A stretch of DNA of 64,000 bases, from positions 24,986,001-25,050,000 of the forward strand of contig NC_087262.1 of assembly GCF_037042905.1 (NCBI RefSeq), given 5' to 3'. This document shows, in pieces, positions 52,151 to 64,000 of the stretch. Positions within the stretch are counted from its first letter, which is position 1. Each line of letters starts with the position of its first letter. This DNA is from Lytechinus pictus. Taxonomy: Eukaryota. A model generated the notes under the pieces. That model ran no database searches, was not told the origin of the DNA, and saw nothing but the letters and a program-made list of their open reading frames with translations. The position numbers and the translations under genes are program-made.

Positions 52151-52427
52151 AGAATTCGATAAACGTCAAGATCAGTGCCTAAAAGCCTAAAAAGGCTAAA
52201 TACAGCGGTTCCCAATCACGATATTTCTAAAAGCAGTGGGCATATTGTTTAATGACTTTGAAATGTGATTGAGAGACTTGCCATGACGTTTGTGAACAAT
52301 TTCTGGTGGGTAAATTTCCTCGAAGTCGGCCGGTGTGCGAAACTGCATTAGCGCCGCGCCTATAATAGAAGGCAAAAGCCGACACATAAATGAATAACTG
52401 GGACTTAGAAATGATCAGCTTTCTGCT

Positions 52428-52955
52428 TAACCCAGAGAGCTCCCGCCCGCGCAGCGGGCGGGAGCCCAGAAGCTCACAGTGTATTCTACCATTGCCACCG
52501 AACAAGGGTGATTTATGGTCTAAATATTTCTCCAAATGAATTGTGAAAACAAAAAGTGTACAATTACCACGATTATATGGATGAAGGTCTAGCGAGTGGC
52601 AGATTCCTGACATCTGAGCACAGTCTGGAACCTCAAAAAAACCAAAAGTTCTCTCCTTCTACCCAGTCTCGATCGGCCGTTTTGTTACGATTTTTAACAA
52701 AAATGGCCGATCGAGACGGGATAGAAGCAGAGAACTTTTCGTTTTTTTGAGGTTCCAGACTGTGCTCAGATGTCAGGAATCTGCCACTCGCTAGACCTTC
52801 ATCCATATAATCGTGGTAATTGTACACTTTTTGTTTTCACAATTCATTTGGAGAAATATTTAGACCATAAATCACCCTTGTCCGGTGGCAATGGTAGAAT
52901 ACACTGTGAGCTTCTGGGCTCCCGCCCGCTGCGCGGACGGGAGCTCTCTGGGTTA
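52428..52955. mobile_element. 528-bp near-perfect palindromic MITE with 9-bp TSD (Academ- or Mutator-type non-autonomous element)
   Basis: TAACCCAGAGAGCTC...GAGCTCTCTGGGTTA, symmetric about ~52691. TSD CTTTCTGCT at 52419-52427 and 52956-52964. Confidence 0.92.
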
Positions 52956-53395
52956 CTTTCTGCTGAGATTGCAAAAAAAAAATTAGTGAACATAAAGCCT
53001 GTTGGTATTTCAATCTTGGCTTCCTCAATCTTTCACACCAGAGATTTACATCTCACTTCTCTTCTTCCAAAACTTTAATAATTCATTGATATTCTATACA
53101 ACTTACGCCTTTTGACTTGGTTTGAAGTTGAAGACAACTCAGCTTTGACTGCACTGGTCTCTTGTGTTGTTCTCGATACGCGATCCGTGTTTTCTTTTTC
53201 TTCCCCCGGCCAACTAACGTAGAGGGCGTAAACATGAATGGAATTGAGCAGGGAATTCGGAAGTGCGTCTTGTTCCAATTTGGCACTGAAACCCGGGAAA
53301 CAAAAAGGGGCCTTTTTAAACTAAAAAAATACAAAAAGAGGAGAAATCTCACTAAGTGATATTGATTCAGGCTTACCTATGAAGTACTGCAATTA

Positions 53396-53480
53396 CCATT
53401 GTCATCATCACCACACCACCACCACCACAATCATCACCATAATCATCACAACCACCACCATCATCAACTTCATTATCAAT
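53396..53480. repeat. (CAT/CAC)n microsatellite
   Basis: Degenerate trinucleotide run. Confidence 0.8.
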
Positions 53481-56425
53481 TATATTCATGTATAAAGATA
53501 TTTACTACAACGACAAGGCCATCCTAACCCGTGGCGTTAACCAGAAGTGTTCCAACATCTTTTAAACCTAAACATATTGGTATTTTCCTTAGGGGATGTC
53601 AGTTAGGAATACAATATTTTTTAAAAGAGCTGTGTATCAAACAAATCTTTAAATTATATATTTTTTTATATTTCAGAGCTACAGCATTTGGATATGATTT
53701 GCTACTTTTCAATTACATTTATTTCAAGTTCGATTTCCAATTTTATATAATTCTTATATTAACAAATAGATTCCAATGTCATAACTTTCATAGGACCTTC
53801 AAAACCAGTCTGGTATTTGTATACAATTAATATAAATGCTTTCAGCCTCGTATGCATATTATTTAAAATCTCTGACTGGAAATATAGAGAGGGCACCGAC
53901 TGCTGAAAATTTTAAATATGCCCCCAAGGCCCCCTCCCCCCATGGACTCTCAAGATCAAAATATGAGATGCCTCTTAATCTGGGGGTGTTTCATAAAACT
54001 TGTTAAAATAAAAAAAATCAATAACAATTAAAAGCTACTGAAATCCTGTCTGATTGGTTGATGGGTATTTAAAAAAATGAAATTGTGCATTTATTATCAT
54101 AACAAGTCTTTATGAGGCGAGAGACTGTTCATTGATAATGCATACATCAACATACACACTCATTAAGCCAATTTGCACAATTAATTGACAATGGCTGCCC
54201 CACCAGAGGGCATAAAATCACAGAAGGGGAGGGGGGGGGGGAAACAAGAAATATAACTCATATTTATTGTGTAACACACAATTTATTTCAATCATCTGAT
54301 CACGTTGCCATAATTATTATAGTAGTATCACACTTATATTGGCTGGCAAGTATTCACAAACACAGTCTAGAAATAACAAGATAGTCAATAGCTTTCTGAT
54401 AAAGCCCCTTCTTAACAAAATGGACTGAATTTCCAATTCCTTGGCCAAGGCACACACACACACAAAAAAACATAAGACTTGAGGCGTTCTAAGGCCAATG
54501 TCAAGTATCAAGACACTACAAAATTGAATTAAACCAAATCCATGATAATAAAATAATAATAGTTACATTCATATAGTGCCTTACTTTGCATTTCTCCAAG
54601 CGCTTTAAGTGTAATTATCAATACCCCGGTCATTGGACCCATCACTGTTCTACACATAAAGTGCACCATCTCCACTCCAATAAAGTGAAAACTGCTACCA
54701 TCTCCTATGCACCTTTTCATAATTGAGACCGATAATTTCACTTGCAAAATACATACAAAAACCTACAGAAACCAAAAAAAAAATAATTAAAACAAACAAG
54801 GATTTGCACTTGTATTTCAAATTACAGCTCTTTCGCTGGTATTCTCATAGCATTATAAAGCTAACCCTAGGTTACCCGAGACCACGTTTCTATGGAATGC
54901 CACTGCAGATTTTCGAATTTTGCAGTGAAATGTGTCCAGGAAGTGAAAGATCAGTTTGCAAGCACCAAGGGTTTAATGTTTGGATATCCATGGTAAGTCA
55001 AGCATATTTGTGTGTTTTTAAAAAATCTTTTATCACTCATTATGGGGAAAATATTCACAGTACCTGTTGGACCTTATTTTGCTACTAGTCACATGCTAAC
55101 ATCAATAAACTTAGTTCAATTTATTGTCAGGTCTTATCAAATGATAATAATGATATTAACATGTTACTTATATCTTGAGCTCTTCACAAATGAAAACAGT
55201 GCATGCATAATATAATATAGAATTATGATAATTTCAACCAAAATGTCATTACGCTGCATCAAATATATCACATAACATTATGATTCATCAATTAGTTTGC
55301 ATTATATTACATTTTATTTACAAAACCCATTGCATTAAATTACATCAAAAGTATCATAGTATATTCCTCTACATTATGCTACAACATTTAAAAAAGGATG
55401 GAGTCTTAATGGGAGAAAAATAAATGGCCTCTTATTATGCAATGAAAAAAAAAAACAGACAAGCCTGCACAAGTAAAACTTCCATACGTCAGATAAATGA
55501 CAAAGTCAAAGGAATATGCAAAGCATATGTCATTGCATCTTTTAAGTTGACTTCAGACAGATCAGACAGAATACTTCACGAGGTGAAAGGTGATGATCCA
55601 TTCATTTCATCTTTCACCGAATGAAGTATTCTGTCCATTGCACAAATGAAAAAATCCTTATTTGTTTTATATGAAATCTGAAAATAGATATTTGTCATTA
55701 TTTTGACATTGATGAATTTCGATGCAGAAGTGCATGCAGTGCGAGTGTTGATTGTCACATACATAATAACACACTGCAACACGAGTGTTTTACGCATAGC
55801 GACGGTGGTCTCAGTGATCGTGCAATGAACAAAATCGTATGGATCTAAAATTGCACAAATTATGACAAATGGGCTGAATGATCGATACCAAACAACCGAT
55901 CAAATGACAAGGATCTATCTAGGTGTCATATAAACTGTTATCTTTGCCACAAATATTGAAAAGGAAGACGAAATATAGCATTTCAAACAAGTTTTGACTG
56001 TACATCATAACTTCTTCAGTGTGCATACAGTGTGTATAGCTACAATGATTATAAACATTAATATCATAATTACTACAATGCATTTCTCCATAAGAAAGGC
56101 TACAGATTGTATTACATAAGAATACCCATCGATGGAACATACTGAATGCTGTTTTTATTATCATTATTTTAGTTCATGAAAAACATTGTACTCATCCAAA
56201 CTAAACACAAACAAACAAAACAAATTATTCACATCAAATCCATAAGGAGCAATTGACATAACCAGAAAAAAATAATATGAAGGCAAGTTATTTGAAGCAC
56301 ATCTTGAAAAGTACCATGATTGATGTTCTTCACAAGTTATGAATTCATCAAAACACTACAAAGTTTGTTATATTACATTAAAGTAAATTCCTGTTGAGTT
56401 GAAATTGGGAAGAAACCACTCTAAT

Positions 56426-56648
56426 GGGGCGTTGCAAGAAACTTGTGATCAATTGCAAGTCTATTTTAAGTCCTGAAATCAATCATATATCTCATAGTTA
56501 ATTGCAAATTAGTGATTGATTTCTAATCTGCTCCTTGAAACAAGAAGTTTAATCTGATTTGCTACAGCTAACGTTGATCTATCAGTTGTAAAATTGCAAT
56601 AAAATATTTGCAATTGATCGCAAATATTTTCTTGCAACACCCCCCCCC
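56426..56648. mobile_element. Small palindromic MITE
   Basis: gggg.gttgcaagaaa..tg.gatcaattgcaa pairs with ttgcaattgatcgca..tttcttgcaacacccc. Confidence 0.7.
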
Positions 56649-57994
56649 CTAGTGCAGTATAGAGCACTGAAGTGATGGTGTCACCCAATGTTTTTGTTTG
56701 CATTTCAGTGGTTTGGAAAACATGTTAGGTAGAACATGGGGCCCAAGATGGTTCCTGGACATTTGCTCCGGCAACAATTACTCTGCTGTAAATTCACCAC
56801 ACTAATGGAATGACCAACTTCAACCCTGGATTTAACGCTATACCTTATCCTAAACCTTACATAAAACCCTACTGCAACCCTAACCCTACATCTCAGACGA
56901 AATAAAGCCCAGAGCAATTGACCCAGGGAACAAATATTGTGTCACCGCCCCAGATATGGCTTCATGAATACCTACCTAGCCACATTGAAATATGGGTCAC
57001 TATATTCAAGGACTTGTTTTCTCTCCTTGATTTCACTTCTAGTTCTGAAAGAGGAGTCGTGTGAAAGGCTGAACAAAAGCACTCTATACTTTGTAACAGA
57101 TAATAAATATAAGCAATGTAGATCACTCCTGCCATTGGCAACAAAACCATGAAAAATAATGGGAAGATTCAATAAAAAATCTACACCACATCAGTATGGG
57201 TAATTTTCATGTTAATTTTAAATTGAGTCAAACTGGGAGTCGAAAGAAAAAGGAACCCAACTTAATGATAATACATGAAGATTCTCTTGAAAATAAAATT
57301 ATAATAGTCTGGATATTGCATCACTGTATAAAGTTTTATACACAAACCAAATGTAATTTATGATTCATCAAATATTAAATGGACATTAACATCAGATCTT
57401 GACCTTGTTTATTTTCCATTAGATTGAAATAATAATAATAATAATAATAATAATAGCCAATTTTTATAAAGCGCTTTTCCCTGAATGGCTCAAAGCGCGT
57501 TACAGCATATTATTACCCCGGTCATTGGATTCATTTCAATCCCGCACGAAAAGTGCACAATATCCACTCCCTGGGAAGCATTCCTTGCATTCATCGCAGC
57601 CTCATTATGGCGCTGGCAAAATCAAAATCAAAATATGACTACTGGGTAATTTGTCCCTCTAATTTTTGTTTCTCTTTGTTTTATTGTCATAAATTCTGCG
57701 AGTCTTAAAGAGCAGGTTTTTCACGACGCTCATGATTCTTCTGCTGATTACTCAGAAAACTCATTTATTTCCAAACCCATTTGGCACATCATTTCAACCT
57801 ATACAAACAAAGACTTGAGTGGTAATTTTATTCTCTGTTTTTTTTTTTTGGGGGGGGGGACTGTCACATCAACTTGTACCTATGTTTGGTTTGGATTTCA
57901 AGTCACAGCACAAAAAACACCTGCAAGATTATTATCAGTGTATAAAAATCTGACAAAATTCAAATATCAGTTTACAAAAGAAATGAAAAGACTA

Positions 57995-58133
57995 TCAATC
58001 AAGAGGAAGTGAACTTAGAGGTTGTGTGCTGTAATCTTGATGGACCCGTGCTTCCTTTAGCTTGCCTAAAGCTGATAGAATGTCTGCCATACTCAGAGGT
58101 CGAAGGTCATCACTGGCTGCATCTCCTTCAGCA
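57995..58133 (-). CDS. ATAD1: ATAD1/Msp1 AAA+ ATPase, last coding exon
   Basis: ttatgcag|T GCT GAA..., phase 2. Encodes AEGDAASDDLRPLSMADILSALGKLK...LPLD*, matching the ATAD1 C-terminal pattern (IRP...D...LD). Confidence 0.8.
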
Positions 58134-58229
58134 CTGCATAATGAATGTGAGAAACATTCAGATAGGGAGGGAGAAAAGAGAATTATCATTTTAATTTATA
58201 TTATTATCACTAATACAATTTGCAGAAGT

Positions 58230-58272
58230 ATCAGAAGCAGCAGTAGTAATAGTAGTCGTAGTAGTAGAAGTA

Positions 58273-58306
<34 letters not shown>

Positions 58307-58710
58307 AAATAGAAGCAGAAGTAGCAATAGAAGGAGTAGAAGTAGAAATAGTAGCAGTAGTGGTAGGATGAGGAGTGATAGTTAGTAGTAGTAGAAGTAG
58401 GAGAAGTAGTAGTAGTAGTATAAGTAGTGGTTGTCATAGTAGTAGTAGTAATAGTAGTAGTAGTAGTAGTAATAGTAGTAGTAGTAATAGTAGTAGTAGA
58501 AATAGAAGCAGTAGTAGCAATAGGAGTAGAAGTAGAAATAGTAGCAGTAATAGTAGGATGAGGAGTGATAGTAGTAGTAGTAGAAGTAGTAGTAGAAGTA
58601 GTATAAGTAGTGGTTGTCATAGTAGTAGAAGTCGTAGTAGCAGTAGTAGTAGTAGTTGTAGTAGTAGAAGATGTAGAAGTAGTAATAGTAGTAGAAGTAG
58701 AAGTAGTACA
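58230..58710. repeat. Degenerate (AGT)n microsatellite with a ~190-bp higher-order duplication
   Basis: The blocks taggatgaggagtgatagt and tataagtagtggttgtcatagt each occur twice. Confidence 0.92.
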
Positions 58711-59170
58711 ACTATATACCTTTTCATTACTTTATCACACAAAGCCCACAGATTCTTGTGTACCAAATGAACACTTTCTAAACATTTAAACCCCCATGGA
58801 TAAGGTTGGTGGTGGTATGATTTTTTTCTTTTTTTATACTTCACTGTTTATTATGTTGAATTTATAATGAATTGTTAGGCGTTCCTTGGAGTATTCCTTA
58901 CAGTGGATATGTGCACATTAGAAATGTAGTTATTATCATTATTGTTGTTATCATTATTAATATTATCATTGTTGTTGTTATTATTCTTATCATCATCATC
59001 ATTGAAAGTGAATTTTCTGTATAAACAAGAAAAAAAATCATGCTCATGCTGGCTGTCTATACAGAAGAAAGATTTGAAAGGTCCTTGTGCATCTCAATCT
59101 GCCGGAATGAGTTGGGTTTTCTGTATAAAGACAAATCACCAAATATTCAGAGACATTGCAAGAAACTTAC

Positions 59171-59283
59171 ACGTGATCTCTGATGCGATACATGCAGGCA
59201 TTCCGGCACATCTCTCTTAGGTCGCTGCCACTGAACTTCTCAGACTTCTCAGCTATTAGGTCTAGATTTACATCATTGTCAAC
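59171..59283 (-). CDS. ATAD1: ATAD1 coding exon
   Basis: tttctag|GTT...GT|gtaagt; encodes VDNDVNLDLIAEKSEKFSGSDLREMCRNAC (AAA lid). Confidence 0.9.
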
Positions 59284-60025
59284 CTAGAAATAAAAATGAT
59301 AAGCATCAGATCAAGGAGTCACTTTTTAAGTATTCAATATCAATAATCATTGATAATAATAATAGTGGGTTCTTATTTAGTGTCACGGACAGCATCATGA
59401 TATTGTGATAGGGGAAGGAAGTGGAAGATGGGTTGGGCAAGATGAACTTAAGGTGACATTACTTTTTAACAATTAAACAATAGATCTATTATAAAGGTTA
59501 AGAACATGAACCTCTCTTTTAACTACTCTTCATTCTCACTTCCTCCCTTATCTACCTATTCCCCCCTTCACTACTTGAAAGAATATGGGGGACCTAATAC
59601 CCACCCAACTTACGCACACTCACCCCGTCGCACCATGACTTTAAAGTACACATGAATTAATCCTGCCTATTTGCAGAGATGTGGTAGAACATTTGATATT
59701 TTTGAACAAAAAAAAAAAATTATAAAAACAAACTACAATCCCCTGCCCTCTCAAATTAAGAATAAACACATTATTACTAAAACAGAAAGCACACATTAGC
59801 CATGTTATACCTCCCCAATGCCCACTTATTTGTTTTTATTTAGTATGATTTGAGGAATATATTTTCCTTTGGGCTTTGATTGGCATGCCTATTTGCAGGT
59901 TAAAAGCAATGTTGAATAACAATATGTTCCTGAACTAAATAGAGCAAGAAAACAAAACTAAAATAATTTGCTCTCACAAGTTTACAATAAACACATTGGC
60001 CATGTTATATCTTCCAGAAGCCTAC

Positions 60026-60166
60026 CTTTTCATCTTTGAGTAAGATTTGTAGTATATGTTTTCTCTGGGCTTTGTCTGGCATTCCTATATGGAATGATGT
60101 GGGCATTCTCCTCAAGATGGCTGCATCAACATCCTGGGGTCGGTTTGTGGCTCCCATCACAATCAC
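60026..60166 (-). CDS. ATAD1: ATAD1 coding exon
   Basis: ttcag|GTG...AAG|gtagg; encodes VIVMGATNRPQDVDAAILRRMP (second region of homology, Arg fingers). Confidence 0.93.
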
Positions 60167-60772
60167 CTGAACAGAAAAATAATTCAAGCAATTGGAAATC
60201 TTCTACAAAAATCAACCTGATTTAGCTCATTTATCATGAACATCTAGGTTCACAACATAATATACAACACACAACTATGTTGGATTGGAAAAATGGGACT
60301 AAGCAAGTTAAGGTTCTCTGAACTTATTCTGAAGTTTATTAAACCAACAACATAAGAATGAAACACAAAGTAACAAATGCGACATATTTCTAGATGAATG
60401 TTCTTTTCTCCTCCTCATTATCCTCCTCCCTACCCATCCTCTCTTTCTTCTTATTCTCCAGTGTCTCCTTTTTTCCTTTTTTCTGTCACCTTTAGCTGTC
60501 ATTAGTGATGAGTCCACCTGAAAGTGTCATAAATTTAGTCTCCTTTACCCTGTTCTATCTCCACATTTTCCCATTCTTACTTGATTAAATTTAGAGTTAT
60601 CGTTATTGGTGAGTCCATCCCATAATTTCATGAGCTAAGCCCCCTCCACTATATCCTCCTTTTCCCCCTCCTTCCTTTATTCCCCGTTTACATTTGATCC
60701 TCCTCTCTCCTCCTCAATCTCCTGCTCCTATTCTCCTCATTTCTATTTTATCAAGTCACAGTAATTAATTAC

Positions 60773-60922
60773 CTCACAGCTGTCATTAGTAATAAGTCCA
60801 TCCCATAATGTCATAAACTGAGCTTTCATCATAGCTGTAGCCTCATGATCATGTGATGCTCGTGATCTTAGGAAGGAGTCAATCTCGTCAATAAAGATGA
60901 TGGCTGGTTGGAATTTGGTTGC
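60773..60922 (-). CDS. ATAD1: ATAD1 coding exon
   Basis: ttcag|GCA...GAG|gtaat; encodes [43 protein letters not shown] (Walker B). Confidence 0.93.
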
Positions 60923-61638
60923 CTGAATAGTGCAACAAAAGAGATGAAACAGAAAACTGTTAAATAATCACATAGCAGTATGTTATTATTCCAGCTCTAT
61001 CAACCTGAATTTTATTGGGCAAGCTCCTGCTTCTGCATGAGGACTCTTCAAAACAAGTCCATAGTGTTGTACAACACAAGTAGTGAATATTTTCATTGCA
61101 GCCGTTTTGCACCCAGTGAGAGATTTTCATTCAACTTCTCTTTGCTTCACTGAACTCAATTTTTTTTCTTCCAGCTCCTGCAAAATTCTCTATCATCTGT
61201 GTATCTCTTGTGCCTCTGTGCTAAATGTATACTGTATGCATGTTGTTAGAGAAATATTTCAGGAAGGGTTGAATGTAGCATACATGTACATGCCAACCCT
61301 GAAGCACACAAGAGTCTTGGCAAATGGGAAGACAGGGGCTGAAATTAAAGACATTGCATACTTCCTAATTCACTATTAGTTGAAGTTGCAGAGTATAATA
61401 AGTTGTCTTATGATGTTTAAAAAAAAGAAGATACAATTCCATTAGTAGTTGTCATAAAAAATATGGACACAGTGGTTGAAGTGGTCCTATTTTTCACCAA
61501 AACTTATGACTGTCTCACTCACTATAAAACAGGGACAGTTTGCAGGTACAATGGAGGATTCTTTTTTGTTTGCTTTAATTTTTTTGAAATGTTGAAAACT
61601 CTTTTAATAGATGCAATAGTTAATGATAAGTGATTTAC

Positions 61639-61796
61639 CAGTGAGAAAACAGCTGATGCAAGTTTCTGGGATTCTCCATACCACTTGTCTGTCAGGTTGG
61701 AAGCTTGAAGGTTGATAAACCGACATCCTGCGTCTTTAGCGATAGCCTTGGCTATCATGGTCTTCCCGCATCCTGGTGGTCCGTATAGTAAAACAC
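61639..61796 (-). CDS. ATAD1: ATAD1 coding exon
   Basis: tttcag|GT...CTG|gtaaat; encodes VLLYGPPGCGKTMIAKAIAK...TDKWYGESQKL (Walker A, pore loop 1). Confidence 0.94.
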
Positions 61797-62500
61797 CTGA
61801 AATAGAATGATTAATTGCATCATGCTTTCAGAGTAAACTTTTGTTCTGGGAGCTGATTACAATTCCTGACCACTTTCAGTTAGGGTAGAGGCACAGACCC
61901 TAATTTAAATTTTGATGAACTTAAAGATTTGATAAAGGTTGATAAACCGACATCCTGCGTCTTTAGCGATAGCCTTGGCTACCATGATTGAATTGAATTG
62001 AATTGAAAGGTGGACCTACTAAAAGGTGCAGGGTATTTTGATTGATATTTTGGACTTTGATTTCAGATTAGCTACACTTTCATAATCTAAACTCTCCTCT
62101 TTCTACATGTAACATTCACACCATTATTGACTAAGAGGTGTCTCTGCTGCAAACTACTGCAAGTGAACAGAGATGGGTTCGAGGCAGATTTGCATGTGCA
62201 TCTAAACTAAAATGGACAGAGTTCACCTCAAGACCCACTCTGGAGGTCGTCCAAGGTAGGTTTCGCGAAGAGATGACCCAAGGTGGGTTTGACGTGTTTA
62301 CATCTAAATTTCTTCTCTACCCGAGGTAGGTCCCTCATCGCCCTCTGGTACGCAATTTTCTATACAAACATTGGTCTAAATAGCCCAAATGTTCCTTAAA
62401 CCTTCTGGCAATTACACAAAATGAAACAAGGACAAAAGAGTTTGACCCAAACATAGAAAGCCAACTGGAAATTGCACCGAGCATAAAACGTTACACATAC

Positions 62501-62723
62501 CTTTGGGGGGCTGCATGAGCTTTGAGCCAGCAAACAGGTGTTTCTTCTTCAGAGGAAGTAGAACGGTCTCTTTGATCTCCTTACAGGTTTCTTGTAGTCC
62601 ACCAATGTCTGACCATGCAATGGAAAGGGTCAAGGGGTCAACTAACTGGGTAGCAATAGACAGCTCATACTCTGATAGACTGGTGTGAGGGGATAGCCCT
62701 ATAGCCTTCATCAGCTTCTCTGC
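62501..62723 (-). CDS. ATAD1: ATAD1 coding exon, the most 5' one found (the TM-anchor exon probably lies beyond the window)
   Basis: ctgtag|GCA...G|gtatgt; encodes AEKLMKAIGL...LSEYELSIATQLVDP...WSDIGGL...PPKG. Phases are consistent across all six exons. Confidence 0.93.
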
Positions 62724-63024
62724 CTACAGTGGATTACAAAAAATAATTAATTTTATTGCAACAATAACATTTGGATTAATACCTATAGGTATACATGTTT
62801 ATTCTAAATTGGTCTAATTATGTAAATTTCTTCGTTCATTTCTTGTTTCTTTTCATTGATAATATTACTGCAGCAAATTGTAGTTTTGTTTAATTTATAT
62901 TCAACATTTGTTACGAAATTTCATTGATTTGTCTGTATTATCGATTATATTGAATATGTATTGTTACTTTGATTATATTTTGGAAAAATTGTTGAATGGA
63001 AATAAAATCTAAATCTAAATCTAA

Positions 63025-63382
63025 ATTTGTCCAAAACCCAATTTGTCCAACATCATTTGGTCAAGCATCAGTTCATCCACTATCCAAAGGGTCTAATTGC
63101 CATTTCGTCTCTTAACCTGTTGGTCCAATAGTCATTTAGTCCAAATACCATTTGGTCTAATTGGACTAAGTGTTAATTGGGCAAAATGAATGAATAGAAA
63201 ACAGGTATTAGACCAAATGGTTCTGAGACAAAATGGTCATAGATGAACTGGTGATTAGACAAAGTGATTATTGGACCAAATGGTTGTTAGACGATATGTT
63301 GGATGAAATGGCATTAGACTTAATGAAGGTAGACCATGTGATGAGTGGACAAGTTGGCAATAGATGAACTGGCAATTTACCG
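63025..63382. repeat. MITE-like repeat built from short inverted subrepeats
   Basis: catttggtc.aa units on the left face ttagaccaaatgg units on the right. Confidence 0.6.
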
Positions 63383-63727
63383 GTACACATATACCTACAG
63401 TGGAAGCATTGCAAAGAAGAAAAACATACATTCCTTTATTGCAACAATGATCTGGATCCCGTCTTGGAAAGAGTCGCGATAGATTCAAATCAATCGCAAA
63501 TTGTGATTGTGTAGTTAAGAGATAGAAATTTTAGATCAATTACAATTTGAGTTTGATTTGAATAAAATGTATATTTCAATTCTTTGTAACAAGGGGTCCA
63601 GGATTAATCATAGTATAAAATGGATACATGTAAATATATATGAATAGCACAATTAAATCTTTATTCAGAAGGGAAATACAAACAGGCTACATAAAAAATA
63701 TAACTTGAACATCTATAAACCTATATG

Positions 63728-64000
63728 CAGGGCTCGACACTAGCGCCGGTCCGACGGTCCCAGACCGGTAAAAATCACTGTCGGACCAGTAGATTTTCAG
63801 AAATAGCAAGATTTACTGGTCCGACATGACCAGTAAAAAATATCATTGTCGGGCCAGTAATTTTTCCAAAAATAGCAAGATTTATGGGTCCGAAATAAAC
63901 AGTAATAAAAACTATTGTTGGGCCAGTAACTTTTTCAGAAATGGTCAAATTCGCTAGTCCAACATAAACATGAAAAATATTCCATGACTCAAATTGCGAA
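63728..64000. mobile_element. Start of a hAT-like element with a ~61-bp subterminal tandem repeat; runs off the window
   Basis: Begins cagggctcgaca, then three copies of ccagtaaaaa...gtcgg.ccagta..ttttc.gaaatagcaagattt...gtccga. Confidence 0.55.

Noticed and set aside
52227-53078. Mirror-image ORF pairs (MSGICHSL..., MYNYHDYM...) resembling duplicated genes
   Set aside because: They follow trivially from the 528-bp palindrome and have no recognisable domain or ATG start.
56820-56890. Telomere-like aaccct repeats
   Set aside because: They are short, degenerate and internal to a small MITE-like repeat, not an interstitial telomere array.
58062-58844. Poly-Ser/Thr/Tyr/Leu ORFs
   Set aside because: They are translations of an intronic (AGT)n microsatellite.

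Overview
This is AT-rich, repeat-dense animal DNA. The repeat landscape and gene style suggest an invertebrate deuterostome such as a sea urchin (inference). There are two host genes, both on the minus strand. One is a chondroitin sulfate N-acetylgalactosaminyltransferase (CSGALNACT family) whose whole CDS lies in one exon (205-1818); its non-coding 5' exons and promoter probably lie far upstream, possibly near 51-53 kb. The other is ATAD1/Msp1 (AAA+ ATPase), with six coding exons at 57995-62723 and its first coding exon not found in the window. The ~55 kb between them is full of mobile DNA. It holds a nearly intact two-exon hAT transposon (2424-6873) with 12-bp TIRs, an atypical 6/7-bp TSD and one nonsense codon inside a 17-aa repeat, plus a deletion derivative nested in a MITE at 46694-47815. 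A long-TIR element carries a RecQ-type helicase remnant that the ORF track misses (AcademH-like, ~23.2-24.5 kb). There is also a 528-bp near-perfect palindrome with a 9-bp TSD, a 5'-truncated L1/Tx1 LINE inserted in a (GT)n tract, a Helentron/pearl-like element with a tandem array, tRNA-derived SINEs, and many MITEs. One assembly gap lies at 8548-8826. No CRISPR array, rRNA or real tRNA gene was seen. All calls were made by eye, without database searches.
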